Part shown: piece by piece, positions 9,972 to 19,979 of the stretch
Layout: each line of letters starts with the position of its first letter
Position numbering within the stretch: position 1 is the first letter of the stretch
NCBI GenBank assembly: GCA_031425655.1
Contig: JANPJS010000066.1
Coordinates: 1 to 64,000, forward strand
DNA length: 64,000 nucleotides
Reading direction: 5' to 3'
Source of the DNA: Abditibacteriaceae bacterium
Lineage (GTDB): Bacteria > Armatimonadota > Abditibacteriia > Abditibacteriales > Abditibacteriaceae
Notes under the pieces: generated by a model
Database searches by the model: none
Seen by the model: only the letters and a program-made list of their open reading frames with translations
Told to the model about the DNA's origin: nothing
Made by a program: the position numbers and the translations under genes

Positions 9972-11123
9972 TTACGTCAACAAACGCAGCGCGATGGCAT
10001 CGGCTACGGCTAACGCCGTCGGCGCCAAACGAAGATTGCCCTTATCTTCTCTTAAAAGCCCCTGCTCCGTCAAGACGCGCCACGCCCTACTCTGCTGCAA
10101 CGCACCGCGCACATCGTAATTTAAACAACACGAAGCCGCCTCTAATGAAAATCCCGCGCGCAAGCGCAGACCTAACACGACAATTTCACTCAGCCGTTCG
10201 CTCGTCGTCAGAAACTCTTCACCGCCGCGCGCCGAGCCGTCGGCGTTCACCATTTCAACGTAGCGAACAGCCGCGCGTTCGTTCCACCAGCGATGCCCGG
10301 CGCGATGTCCGTGCGCCCCGTTGCCGCACGCCAGATAATCGCCGCCGAGCCAATAATTCAAGTTGTGACGGCTCTCGAATCCACGCCGCGCATAATTGCT
10401 GACTTCGTAACGCACAACGCCGGCTGCACCCAAAATCGCTTCGGCGTCGTCCATCAATTCGGATTGCGCGTCGTCGTGCAGCGGCACGATTTTGCCGCTC
10501 GCCGCGCGCCGCGCGAACGCCGTTTGCGGCTCAATAGTCAGCGAATAACACGAAACGTGTTCAATGCTCAAATCCGCCGCGCAACGCAGCGTGTCTTGCC
10601 AACTTGCGCGACTTTGCCCCGGAACCGCGTAAATCAAATCGAGGCTGACGTTTTGCCAACCCGCGCGCCGCGCCAGAGCGATCACGCTTTCAATATCCTG
10701 CGGCGCATGAACCCGTCCCAGAGTTTTCAAGGCCACCGCATCGAAACTTTGCGCGCCTAACGAAAGCCGGTTAAAGCCGGCTGCGCGCAGCTTCATTAGC
10801 TTTTCTTCGCTCAAATTTTCGGGATTCGCTTCAATAGTGATTTCCGCATCCGGCGCTACGCCGATGCCGTCGAAAATCGTTTTTAAAATCGCGTTTAATT
10901 CTTCGGCTTCGAGTTCTGTGGGCGTGCCGCCGCCGAAGAAAATCGAAGTCACCGCGCGTTCCGGCTCCAGCGCGCTTTGCTCGCGCAGCACGCCTTCGAT
11001 TTCACATCGCAGCGCCGCCGCATATTGCGCGCGTCCCGCTTCGCCGCCGCCAATTTGAATGGCGAAATCGCAATACGGACAGCGCCGCGCGCAAAACGGA
11101 ATATGAACGTAAAAACCAAGCAT
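9972..11123 (-). CDS. hemW: Radical SAM heme chaperone (HemN-like)
   Basis: YVHIPFCARRCPYCDF, FGGGTP, YEVSNYA, HNLNYW. Confidence 0.92.
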   Translation of the reverse strand: MLGFYVHIPFCARRCPYCDFAIQIGGGEAGRAQYAAALRCEIEGVLREQSALEPERAVTSIFFGGGTPTELEAEELNAILKTIFDGIGVAPDAEITIEANPENLSEEKLMKLRAAGFNRLSLGAQSFDAVALKTLGRVHAPQDIESVIALARRAGWQNVSLDLIYAVPGQSRASWQDTLRCAADLSIEHVSCYSLTIEPQTAFARRAASGKIVPLHDDAQSELMDDAEAILGAAGVVRYEVSNYARRGFESRHNLNYWLGGDYLACGNGAHGHRAGHRWWNERAAVRYVEMVNADGSARGGEEFLTTSERLSEIVVLGLRLRAGFSLEAASCCLNYDVRGALQQSRAWRVLTEQGLLREDKGNLRLAPTALAVADAIALRLLT

Positions 11124-11182
11124 TGTAGGAAGACAGAGTTTAGCGCGAGGCCGCATCAATAAACTGCATTTCGGCAGGCAAA

Positions 11183-11214
11183 AAAAGCTCGCTGCGAATT
11201 CGCAGCGAGCTTTT
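11183..11214. terminator. Intrinsic terminator hairpin
   Basis: aaaagctcgctgcg-aatt-cgcagcgagctttt. Confidence 0.7.
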
Positions 11215-11231
11215 GCGTCCCGACCCTTCTC

Positions 11232-11552
11232 TTAGCTGCCCGGTCCGCCTGGGCATTCGCAGGCGCCGTCTCCGGCCTTACGAAAAGCGTCGGCTTCGGC
11301 CTTATTGTTGACCCGGCCCAAGACGAAATCCGGGCTGTTATTCTTGCCGTGTCCCGGAGCCGTGCCGTCAAAGTGCCCGCTAAGCGCGCTTTCGTCCACA
11401 ATGATGAGGACGTAAGGATTCGTGGCACTCGCCGTTCCGTGACAAATGGCCACTTTGTGCGCCTTGTCGCCGGCATAGGCACTTTTGCCCACAGCCAAAC
11501 CTGCGGCCAATCCCAATCCGACCATCAATATCCGACCAACTGAACGTTTCAT
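11232..11552 (-). CDS. Small secreted hypothetical protein
   Basis: Signal peptide, AAGGAG RBS, KVAICH...NPY...GH motif. Confidence 0.7.
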   Translation of the reverse strand: MKRSVGRILMVGLGLAAGLAVGKSAYAGDKAHKVAICHGTASATNPYVLIIVDESALSGHFDGTAPGHGKNNSPDFVLGRVNNKAEADAFRKAGDGACECPGGPGS

Positions 11553-11663
11553 TTCGTTCTCCTTTATATCGCTTCAGCTAAAGAGAATCCTTTGCGGAAA
11601 CCTTTGCCTGTGTTCCCAAATAAGCAACAAATTGGCCCAACGCACGAAAAATTCGTTAGAAAA

Positions 11664-12110
11664 TCAAGGTCGCTGCTTGACACTTTTGGTATTGCCAACG
11701 ATGACGTAATTGCAAACGAACCTAAAAGGCACACCAACACCGTTTTCGACGTTCTTGGCTTCGATTGCAACCTGCGTCTCGTTACCCAACGGGTTAACTT
11801 TGATGCTGTAGATTCCAAAGAGAGTTCCTGGGCCTTGTGTAGGCACAATCGTGGCTGTAACAGTTGGAGTGCCAATGAACTTGGAGGGAATCCTGATCTC
11901 GATGCTGCGAAATTGCTTGCCGCCTGACGGAATTCCCATCAGCGCGACGCCGGAGCAGATCAGTGTATCGCCAATGCGCACAACGTTTGGCTTGGCGATT
12001 TGTGCTTTAGCAATTTGTGCTTTAGCGTTCTTGGCTACGGGCACATGAGAGGGGGCAGCTAAGGCGAGCGATGGACAAAGAGCAATGCCAACAAACAAAA
12101 CGCGTTTCAT
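11664..12110 (-). CDS. Secreted hypothetical protein
   Basis: Signal peptide, AAGGA RBS, beta-strand-rich body. Confidence 0.65.
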   Translation of the reverse strand: MKRVLFVGIALCPSLALAAPSHVPVAKNAKAQIAKAQIAKPNVVRIGDTLICSGVALMGIPSGGKQFRSIEIRIPSKFIGTPTVTATIVPTQGPGTLFGIYSIKVNPLGNETQVAIEAKNVENGVGVPFRFVCNYVIVGNTKSVKQRP

Positions 12111-12202
12111 CTATGTTCCTTTCATTCTTTCAATTTTAGATTACTGCCACATGAAGCGATTATTTGACGTTATCGCTGTCACATAGCAGATATGGGCGAA
12201 AG

Positions 12203-12250
12203 CTACTCTTCCTTCAGCAAACTCTCCGGCAGCATCGGCGCGGCGTTGCC
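12203..12250 (-). repeat. Diverged duplicate of the argG 3' end
   Basis: Encodes GNAAPMLPESLLKEE* versus argG GNPAPMLPESLLKEE* (17494-17541), with many synonymous changes. Confidence 0.9.
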
Positions 12251-12367
12251 TTATGCTGCACATAGTTGTGTGCCTGCGCAGTTGAAAAGCCAGAACGCCT
12301 AACAGAGTCTGCAGGCACTGTGGGAAGCGAAATTGTTCGCTCCAATGATAGTATTTTTAGGTTACTG

Positions 12368-13207
12368 TTACGCGACGAGTGCGGGGCGTGAAGAAAGGTG
12401 CCGGACGGTCGTGCGTGGGGTCTGAGGCTCTTCCGCTAACCTCTTACCAATATCGCCCGGCATTTGGCGGATACGAAATTCCAAAGGCAATTCCTCAAGG
12501 TGACCGCCTTTGCCACTGCAACCCCATTCTCGCGCCAGCACCGCCCCTACTTGTTTAAAGAAAAGTGCCGTTCCAGAATCGAGGCACTGTTGTTTAATAC
12601 CTCGCACCCATTCGGGAGCCATGCGGCGCGCCCCCGGCCCCGATTCGCCACCCACAATCACCCATTCGATGTGTTCAATCGGCAGATTCGGCAACGGCCC
12701 AATAAGCGGTTCCAATGACAAGAAATGCACAACTGCCGCCACGCTTTTCAATTGTTGGACACGTTCTACCACGCGAGCATCTTCTATGCTGGTGCCAAGC
12801 CAAACATTGGGCCAGCCTGTGCCCCAATCATTGGGGAGTAAACCGGCAATAAGGTGCGGGCGCTTTGTAAGTAATTGCCAGTCGAGATGCGGCGTTTCGC
12901 GGATCACTTGCCATAAGCGTTCGCGCTGGCCTTCGGGCGCCTGTTCTTCAAAAACATCGGCCATCGAAGCACAGAAAACACGAGAACGCTGACCCGCAGA
13001 CTTGGCCGCTGCGTTCCATTTCGCCGGCTGCTTCCAGTAAGTGTCGCTCATCAAACGCCGCTCTTTGCCAACACCCCACACGTCGTGACCGTAGCGATGC
13101 GACAGCGTTTCGGCGTAACAAAATTTACAACCGTCCGAGACTTTAGTGCAGCCCCACCACGGATTAAAAGTGTGTGTTGTCCATTCAATTGAGGAATCGA
13201 ATCCCAT
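12368..13207 (-). CDS. DUF5131 (phage Gp37/Gp68) three-Cys-motif protein
   Basis: SSIEWT, NPWWGCTKVSDGCKFCYA, FCASMADVF, LLTKRP, WVIVGGESG. Confidence 0.92.
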   Translation of the reverse strand: MGFDSSIEWTTHTFNPWWGCTKVSDGCKFCYAETLSHRYGHDVWGVGKERRLMSDTYWKQPAKWNAAAKSAGQRSRVFCASMADVFEEQAPEGQRERLWQVIRETPHLDWQLLTKRPHLIAGLLPNDWGTGWPNVWLGTSIEDARVVERVQQLKSVAAVVHFLSLEPLIGPLPNLPIEHIEWVIVGGESGPGARRMAPEWVRGIKQQCLDSGTALFFKQVGAVLAREWGCSGKGGHLEELPLEFRIRQMPGDIGKRLAEEPQTPRTTVRHLSSRPALVA

Positions 13208-13307
13208 AAAACTACTTCCTTTGGTTATTCTTTTCCTGCGCAAGGGAAAGTCCTTGTTTAGGAAGGGCTATGAGAGGTAAAGTTATATTCCAAAGTGAGT
13301 TAGACAT

Positions 13308-14900
13308 ATGTCAGATTTATCAATCTTGCCAGCCGAGGAAAACGAAAACACTTTTGCGGGTGAAATCAAGGTAGCTTCTCGCATCATTGATTACCTCAGT
13401 TCTGGTCTCTATCACACTCCTGCTGCTTGTTTGAAGGAATTGATCAACAATTCCTACGATGCCAAAGCGACGCGCGTTGATGTTTTCATCAAGCCAGATG
13501 CGGATCGCATCGTCATTGCTGATGATGGCGAAGGCATGAGTCGTGAAGAATTTGAAAAACATTTTAATCGTGTAAGTGAATCTCATAAACGTGACGAATC
13601 GGACAAAACCGAAGGAGTGCCACCAACCGGCGGACGCCCAAAAATCGGCAAGATTGGTATAGGTTTTATCGCTGCTAATGAACTGTGCGAAGTATTAGAA
13701 ATTTTTTCTACAAAGCAAGGAAGTAATGATCTGCTTCATGTCACGATTGATTTCCAAGAAATGCGCAAGCCAATCGAAGAGCGACGCCGTGGCGAGGCAT
13801 TAGTAAAGGCTGATTATACAGGAGAAATCCTTCCTGAGAAAAATGATGCCCATTATACACAATTGTTTTTAACCTCTGTGCGAGGTAATGCTAAAGAAAT
13901 CTTGGCGAGTGCTTTATCGACATCTGCATGGGCAGATGAATCACAGGGAGCCAATCCGCAAGACACCCAAAAGATCAATTCTAAAATAACTCCTGTTCGC
14001 TCGCTTTACGGTCTGAAAGCTGATTCTGTCGCTGAGGTTTTACGCGATCCAAAACTTGATACTTGGTCTGAGTTCGATATGTATTCTTCGACTATGTTAG
14101 CCGTTGGTCTTAATGTGCCTGTTCAATACCACACAGAATGGCTGCCTTCCGCGTTACAGGAAAAGGTCGCCGATCTGGATAAAGAGACAAGGGACTTGGG
14201 TTTCAAAGTTTTTTATGACGGAAGCGAACTCAAAAAGCCCATTATCCTCTTTCCTCCCAGAGAACGTGCGTTCATCCATCGCTTTTCTTTTGAAGGTGAG
14301 TATGTAGGAGCGCACGGCTACTTTTATGCTCAAGGTAACACCATTCAACCTCGTGATTTGCAAGGTTTATTGATACGGATTCGACACGCTGCAATTAGTG
14401 AATACGATCATTCCTTCTTGGATTTTTCTCCAAGCGAATATCCATTGATTCAGCGCTGGATTTCTGCGGAAATTTGGGCAGATACCAGATTAGAAGAGGC
14501 AATGAATATAGATCGGCGGACTCTACGCATTGCCCATCCAGCTTATGTAGAATTGCGAAATGCCATCCATAAAGAATTGCGCGTGGTTCTCAAGAGAGCG
14601 CTTTCGGAGATTTACGAAGCAGGAAGCAAGGAACGGAAACAGCACCGCGTTGAAGATGTAACGCGCACTATCTCGAATTTGGTAAATGAAAACATTGCAC
14701 CAGTCGCCCCTAAAGCAGCTCAGCAAATGAGAAAATCGCTGAGCGACGCTGTAACAGAACCAAAGGCACAGAAAGCATTGCAAAAAAAATACACCGTTGC
14801 CGAGTTTTACGAGATTGTTGTTGAAATTGCTAAAGATAATCTTCCTCCTGAACAGTTAGATAATTTTTTGCAGAGTCTCACCACGCGCTTGGGATTATAA
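13308..14900 (+). CDS. GHKL (HATPase_c_3/MORC-like) ATPase
   Basis: ELINNSYDA, DDGEGM and GKIGIGFIAA Bergerat motifs; C-terminal S5-like and helical region. Confidence 0.88.
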   Translation: MSDLSILPAEENENTFAGEIKVASRIIDYLSSGLYHTPAACLKELINNSYDAKATRVDVFIKPDADRIVIADDGEGMSREEFEKHFNRVSESHKRDESDKTEGVPPTGGRPKIGKIGIGFIAANELCEVLEIFSTKQGSNDLLHVTIDFQEMRKPIEERRRGEALVKADYTGEILPEKNDAHYTQLFLTSVRGNAKEILASALSTSAWADESQGANPQDTQKINSKITPVRSLYGLKADSVAEVLRDPKLDTWSEFDMYSSTMLAVGLNVPVQYHTEWLPSALQEKVADLDKETRDLGFKVFYDGSELKKPIILFPPRERAFIHRFSFEGEYVGAHGYFYAQGNTIQPRDLQGLLIRIRHAAISEYDHSFLDFSPSEYPLIQRWISAEIWADTRLEEAMNIDRRTLRIAHPAYVELRNAIHKELRVVLKRALSEIYEAGSKERKQHRVEDVTRTISNLVNENIAPVAPKAAQQMRKSLSDAVTEPKAQKALQKKYTVAEFYEIVVEIAKDNLPPEQLDNFLQSLTTRLGL

Positions 14901-14904
14901 ATAC

Positions 14905-15930
14905 ATGGACAACTCACCGCAGCAAAGCGACCCGCAAGCAAATCGAGATGTAGACGTAGCAATGGCAGCCGACCGTCCTGCAAAGCAATCAGTGCGTCAA
15001 TTGTGGCTTCAACAGGCTCAGCACTTTAACGAGCTTTATCCCGAAGACGATGTCCCATTGTATTTGACATTGAGCGGGGCCGAAGCCCGTGACATTCGGT
15101 TGTTAGCTGAACATCAAATTATAAAATTGACAGAAGTCGGTGGCATCGCTGAGGAATCTAAAAATCGTGTTGTAGCGGTAGAAAGTGATCAGCAGGCCTT
15201 TTTGCAGTTAAAACTGGCTTTTCCGGGGTTGAGAGTGATAGGAGAAAATTTTAAAGGCGTAGTTCAAGGCGATACTCTCACACGTTTCCCTACGAAAGAA
15301 GTGGAGAAGATTTGCTGCGCGAAAATCGTCAATTTGGATTTAACACAACCTCTGCTCCCAACTAAAAACAGCGAAGTGTTTGACTTTCCTGTTATACGCT
15401 GGGTAGAAAAATTATCATTGTTGCACACAGAAATAAAACCACGAGCAAACTGGTGCTTGTGCCTGACACTAAATGGCACAATTGGGCGGCTTCAACCTGA
15501 AACCTCCGAGCAAATAGGAAAAGTAATAAAAGATTTCTTAAAAGAAAATTTCGAACGCTCAATTGATTTTGAAAAGTCCTGCAAATCTTTATTAGGGGAT
15601 GATTTGCATCAAAGAATTTGCAGTGAGGAATTATTAGAGATCGACAATTTAGGTCAAGAGGATCAACAAAGACTTTTAATGGTTTTTGTGCCAAAGAAAA
15701 TTGCCCAACGAGTTCACAATCATAATTGGCAAGTCGACACACTGTGGAATTTGCACTATGGTGGTCATTCGGGGCACGCTCCTATGGTAACTTGGGTTTT
15801 GTCTTTTATTTGGGATGAGCGTGCTCAGAGTATGCCGGACGCAGTTTATAAGGACAGCCTCAATAAAATTCTTGCTTCTGCTGGATATATTGAAGACGAT
15901 GGGAAAGTTCAAACCATAAAAATACACTAA
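14905..15930 (+). CDS. Hypothetical protein, possible SAM-methyltransferase-like Rossmann fold
   Basis: Operonic ORF; YLTLSGAEARD, VVAVESD and IVNLDL strand pattern; fold is inferred. Confidence 0.6.
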   Translation: MDNSPQQSDPQANRDVDVAMAADRPAKQSVRQLWLQQAQHFNELYPEDDVPLYLTLSGAEARDIRLLAEHQIIKLTEVGGIAEESKNRVVAVESDQQAFLQLKLAFPGLRVIGENFKGVVQGDTLTRFPTKEVEKICCAKIVNLDLTQPLLPTKNSEVFDFPVIRWVEKLSLLHTEIKPRANWCLCLTLNGTIGRLQPETSEQIGKVIKDFLKENFERSIDFEKSCKSLLGDDLHQRICSEELLEIDNLGQEDQQRLLMVFVPKKIAQRVHNHNWQVDTLWNLHYGGHSGHAPMVTWVLSFIWDERAQSMPDAVYKDSLNKILASAGYIEDDGKVQTIKIH

Positions 15931-15952
15931 ACTCTGTGCGACGAATTTTGCC

Positions 15953-17434
15953 ATGCCTCATCAAAAAACCTCCCGAAAACCTCAGTTGTCAAAAATCAAT
16001 CAAAGCATTTCAGAGAATCCAGAAAATAATTGGGAATGTCTTCTCAAAAGCCTACAAGAAGTTCCGGGGACTCATGCAGTAAAGAATCAGTGCATTCTTT
16101 TGGGAGCGGACAGCCGCACGGTATTGGCTCACTTACCAAACGAGTCCGTTGCTTGCTTCATCACATCACCTCCTTACGCCAGTTTGAAGGATTATGGGAC
16201 GCCGGGGCAAATTGGTTTCGGACAAGACCCACACACAGAGTTTCTCCCCGATATGCGCAAGGTGTTAGCTGAACTTTATCGGATCGCATTGCCAGGAGCT
16301 TCTCTGTGGTTAGTATTAGATATGATAAAGAAATCTGGTGAAGCGATTCCGTTACCTTGGGATATCGTCACACTTGCACGCGAAGCAGGATGGACATTGC
16401 ACGATACTATTATTTGGGATAAAGGGAAAAGCTTACCTTGGTCTGGTGCAGGGCGCTTTCGTGCCGTATGCGAACACATTTTTCTTTTAGGCAAGGGCAA
16501 ACTTTCTACTTTCAATCTCGATGCTGTGCGCGATTCGACTCATTTATCGTCCTATTGGATAAAATACCCAGAACGTTATCATCCAGATGGTAAAGCTCCA
16601 ACTGATTTGTGGCATTTTCCTATACCAAATCAAGGCACTTGGGCCAAAGGGCAGTCCCGCCACTATTGCCCTTTCCCCGTCGGCTTGATAGAGAGAATGA
16701 TTTCGGTTTCCACGCACTGCGGAGACATAGTAGTTGATCCTTTTTCTGGCACAGGAAGCGTGATCGCTACTGCAAGCCACTTAAAGAGACATGGAGTAGG
16801 AATCGAACTTAATCCTGTATTTGTTCACGAGTTCGACAAGACAGGTTTTACAACTCTTGTAGAGCGTGCGGAGCAAGAATTCCCCTCAACTAATCCACGA
16901 AGCATTTCATTGCGAAAAACGATTATTGAACTGCGTATGTTGAAATACGCAAAAACCCTTTTCGCCGGAATTGCAAGGAATGATGTGTTAGGCAATCAGG
17001 CCAAAGATGGTATTTGTGCCTTTCTTTTAACATCAACTCAAAAAACTACTGAGAGAGAGACAGATGCACTCGACTCTGGTAATTTGGGATGTATAAATCT
17101 GCAAGTTTTACTGCGCAGGGATACGGATTATGAGACAGTTTCTTCTGCGATAGAAAGCAAATTGCGCGTTGAGCCTCTGTCCATATTTGGTATAAAAGCG
17201 CATGTCGAAGTTATTTCTTTTGACTCATGGGAAGATGGCAGCAACCTACCAAACAGTCCTACTTCCGATTGGTATGCTTACCGTAATGGTAAATTTTTCC
17301 GATATTCTGAAATTGTAGAGTCAACTAATTTACTTGAAACATTTCATTTGGAAGCAGCAAAAAATCCTTCCTGCAAAGTTCCCAGCATATTTTCAACTCT
17401 GGGGCTCAGTTTGGATGATGCCATTAGTGATTGA
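15953..17434 (+). CDS. DNA amino-methyltransferase (N4-C/N6-A, beta class) with C-terminal extension
   Basis: TSPPY before DPFSGTGS; IIWDK; HYCPFP; GIELN. Confidence 0.9.
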   Translation: MPHQKTSRKPQLSKINQSISENPENNWECLLKSLQEVPGTHAVKNQCILLGADSRTVLAHLPNESVACFITSPPYASLKDYGTPGQIGFGQDPHTEFLPDMRKVLAELYRIALPGASLWLVLDMIKKSGEAIPLPWDIVTLAREAGWTLHDTIIWDKGKSLPWSGAGRFRAVCEHIFLLGKGKLSTFNLDAVRDSTHLSSYWIKYPERYHPDGKAPTDLWHFPIPNQGTWAKGQSRHYCPFPVGLIERMISVSTHCGDIVVDPFSGTGSVIATASHLKRHGVGIELNPVFVHEFDKTGFTTLVERAEQEFPSTNPRSISLRKTIIELRMLKYAKTLFAGIARNDVLGNQAKDGICAFLLTSTQKTTERETDALDSGNLGCINLQVLLRRDTDYETVSSAIESKLRVEPLSIFGIKAHVEVISFDSWEDGSNLPNSPTSDWYAYRNGKFFRYSEIVESTNLLETFHLEAAKNPSCKVPSIFSTLGLSLDDAISD

Positions 17435-17446
17435 ATAATGCTTTAA

Positions 17447-17482
17447 AGAAAGGCCCGCCGAAAATCTTCGACGGGCCTTTCT
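17447..17482. terminator. Bidirectional terminator between the MTase and argG
   Basis: agaaaggcccg...cgggcctttct. Confidence 0.7.
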
Positions 17483-17493
17483 GCGTTCGTGGC

Positions 17494-18741
17494 TTACTCT
17501 TCTTTGAGCAGCGATTCGGGCAGCATCGGCGCGGGGTTGCCCTGTCCGGCGGTGAGCATTTGATGTTTGGCTTGCGTTTGCAGCGGGAGGCCCCACAATT
17601 TGATGAAGCCGAGCGCGGCGTCTTGGTCGAAGGTGTCTCCTTTATCGTAAGTCGCCAGATCGTATTGATAAAGCGATTTGGGCGATTGGCGTCCGACAAT
17701 CATCGAAGTGCCTTTGAACAATTTCACGCGCACGGTGCCCGTAACGTGCTTTTGGCTTGATTCGACGAAGGCGCGCAAATCCTGATGCAAAGCTGAAAAC
17801 CACAGGCCATTGTAAATCATCTCGGAAATCTGGTTCGACACTGTTGTTTTGAAACGCGCCTGATCGCGCGACAGCGTCATATCTTCAAGGGCGTGATGCG
17901 CCTGATGCAGCACCACAGCGGCGGGTGATTCGTAAATTTCGCGGCTTTTGATGCCGACTAAGCGGTTTTCAACGTGGTCAATGCGGCCCACGCCGTGTTC
18001 GCCCGCGATGTCGTTCAATAAAAGCACGAGTTTCACGCCGTCCATTTCTTCGCCGTCTAAGGAAATCGGAATGCCGTTCTCGAAGCCGATTTCGATGTAT
18101 TGCGGCTTGTTGGGCGCGTCTTCCGGGCTTTTCGTCCACAGCCACACCTCGGCGGGCGGCTCAACCCACGGGTCTTCTAAAATGCCGGCTTCGATTGAGC
18201 GGCCCCACAGGTTTACGTCGGTCGAATACGGCGAATCCACTGTCGCGGGAATTGGAATATTATTGACGCGCGCGTATTCAATTTCTTCGGGGCGCGACAT
18301 TTTCCATTCGCGCACCGGAGCGATAATTTGCAGATTCGGGTCAAGCGCCGTCACGGACACGTCGAGGCGCACTTGATCGTTGCCTTTGCCGGTGCAGCCG
18401 TGTGCCACGGCTTTGGCGCCGGTTTCGTGCGCCACATCCACGAGAAGTTTGGCAATCAAAGGGCGGCCAATCGCGGTCGCCAGAGGATATTCGCGTTCAT
18501 AGATCGCGCCGGCTTGCAGCGCGGGAAACGCGAAGTATTTGAGGAACATTTCGCGTCCATCCACGATTTTGGCGTCAATCGCGCCGACATCCAAAGCGCG
18601 CTGTTTAATTTCGGGCAAATTGCGCTCGCTGCCCAAATCAATAGTCAGCGCGATGACATCTAACGCATATTTTTCTTTAATCCACTTAATGGCGACGGAC
18701 GTGTCCAGACCGCCCGAATAAGCTAAAACAACGGTTTCCAA
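17494..18741 (-). CDS. argG: Argininosuccinate synthase
   Basis: LAYSGGLDTS, HGCTGKGNDQVR, ENRLVGIKSRE; TTG start after AAGGGAG. Confidence 0.97.
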   Translation of the reverse strand: METVVLAYSGGLDTSVAIKWIKEKYALDVIALTIDLGSERNLPEIKQRALDVGAIDAKIVDGREMFLKYFAFPALQAGAIYEREYPLATAIGRPLIAKLLVDVAHETGAKAVAHGCTGKGNDQVRLDVSVTALDPNLQIIAPVREWKMSRPEEIEYARVNNIPIPATVDSPYSTDVNLWGRSIEAGILEDPWVEPPAEVWLWTKSPEDAPNKPQYIEIGFENGIPISLDGEEMDGVKLVLLLNDIAGEHGVGRIDHVENRLVGIKSREIYESPAAVVLHQAHHALEDMTLSRDQARFKTTVSNQISEMIYNGLWFSALHQDLRAFVESSQKHVTGTVRVKLFKGTSMIVGRQSPKSLYQYDLATYDKGDTFDQDAALGFIKLWGLPLQTQAKHQMLTAGQGNPAPMLPESLLKEE

Positions 18742-18770
18742 TTGAGTTTCTCCCTTAAATGTCGGCGAGT

Positions 18771-18998
18771 TCATTCGCCGGATGATTTCTTTGCTTTCTC
18801 GGCTTCCAATTGCAGTCGCAAACGCTCCTGCTCGACGTGAACGGCGCGCAGTTCGTCGCTGAGTTTGGAATCGTTGCGCGCCATTTGTTCGCGCAGATTG
18901 CCCAATTGCTGCGTGGTTTGCGTCAGGCGCCGCAACAGAATCGCGGCCAATCCGAAGGCCACGAACAACAGGGCAATTACAAAAATGACTTTAAACAT
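18771..18998 (-). CDS. Small membrane/coiled-coil protein
   Basis: N-terminal TM helix then coiled coil; lies within the arg operon. Confidence 0.55.
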   Translation of the reverse strand: MFKVIFVIALLFVAFGLAAILLRRLTQTTQQLGNLREQMARNDSKLSDELRAVHVEQERLRLQLEAEKAKKSSGE

Positions 18999-19058
18999 GG
19001 GATGGAATGTTAGATATTGGATGCCGGATTTCAACCATCCAGCATCCAATATCCAGTA

Positions 19059-19979
19059 TCAAGAAAGCAGCCACGCCAAAATCGCTTTTTGCGCGTGCAG
19101 ACGATTTTCGGCCTGCGAAAAGATCGTTTCGGCGTGCATCTCGAAGATTTCTTCGGAAATCTCCTCGCCTTTGTGCGCCGGCAAATCGTGCAGCACAATC
19201 GCGCCGGGTTTGGCCTGTTTCATCAGTTCGGCGTTGATTTGATAAGGCGGAAAAATCGCGGCGCGATGCGCGCTTTCTTCTTCCTGCCCCATCGAAGTCC
19301 ACACGTCGGTGTAAAGCGCGTCGGCATTTTGCGCGGCCTCGCGCGGGTCGCGCACAACTTCGATAGTTGCGCCACTGCGTGCGGCATCGCTTTGCGCTTG
19401 CACCACATATTCCGGCAACGGCTCGTAGCCTTCGGGCGAGGCAACCGCGCAACTCACGCCCAATTTGGCACAAAGCATCATCAGCGAGTGGCAAACGTTG
19501 TTGCCGTCGCCTAAATACGCGATTTTGCTGCCTGCCAAAATGCGATGCTCTTTGAGCGTCAGCAAATCGGCTAAGGCCTGACACGGATGCTCGGCATCGC
19601 ACAGGCCATTAACGACCGGCACACGCGACCAGCGCGCCAGTTCGACAACGGTTTCGTGCTTGAAAACGCGTGCCATGATGCCGTCGCACATCCGTGACAG
19701 CACGCGTGCCACATCGGATATGCTTTCGCGCGTGCCCAGCCCGATTTCCTGCGGCGACAAATACAGCGCGTGCCCGCCCAATTGATACATTCCGGTATCG
19801 AACGACACGCGCGTGCGCAAACTGGGTTTTTCAAAAACCATCGCCAGAGTTTTGCCGCCGAGCAATGCGCGCTGGCGCTCTGGATGCGTGCGCAACTCGC
19901 TTTTCAGGCGCCCGGCTTCGGCGATGAGAAACGCGGCTTCATCGTGCGAAATGTCGTTGATCGAAAGAAAATGTCTCAT
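19059..19979 (-). CDS. argF: Ornithine carbamoyltransferase
   Basis: FEKPSLRTR, HPCQALAD, DVWTSMGQE, HDLP, QAENRLH. Confidence 0.95.
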   Translation of the reverse strand: MRHFLSINDISHDEAAFLIAEAGRLKSELRTHPERQRALLGGKTLAMVFEKPSLRTRVSFDTGMYQLGGHALYLSPQEIGLGTRESISDVARVLSRMCDGIMARVFKHETVVELARWSRVPVVNGLCDAEHPCQALADLLTLKEHRILAGSKIAYLGDGNNVCHSLMMLCAKLGVSCAVASPEGYEPLPEYVVQAQSDAARSGATIEVVRDPREAAQNADALYTDVWTSMGQEEESAHRAAIFPPYQINAELMKQAKPGAIVLHDLPAHKGEEISEEIFEMHAETIFSQAENRLHAQKAILAWLLS

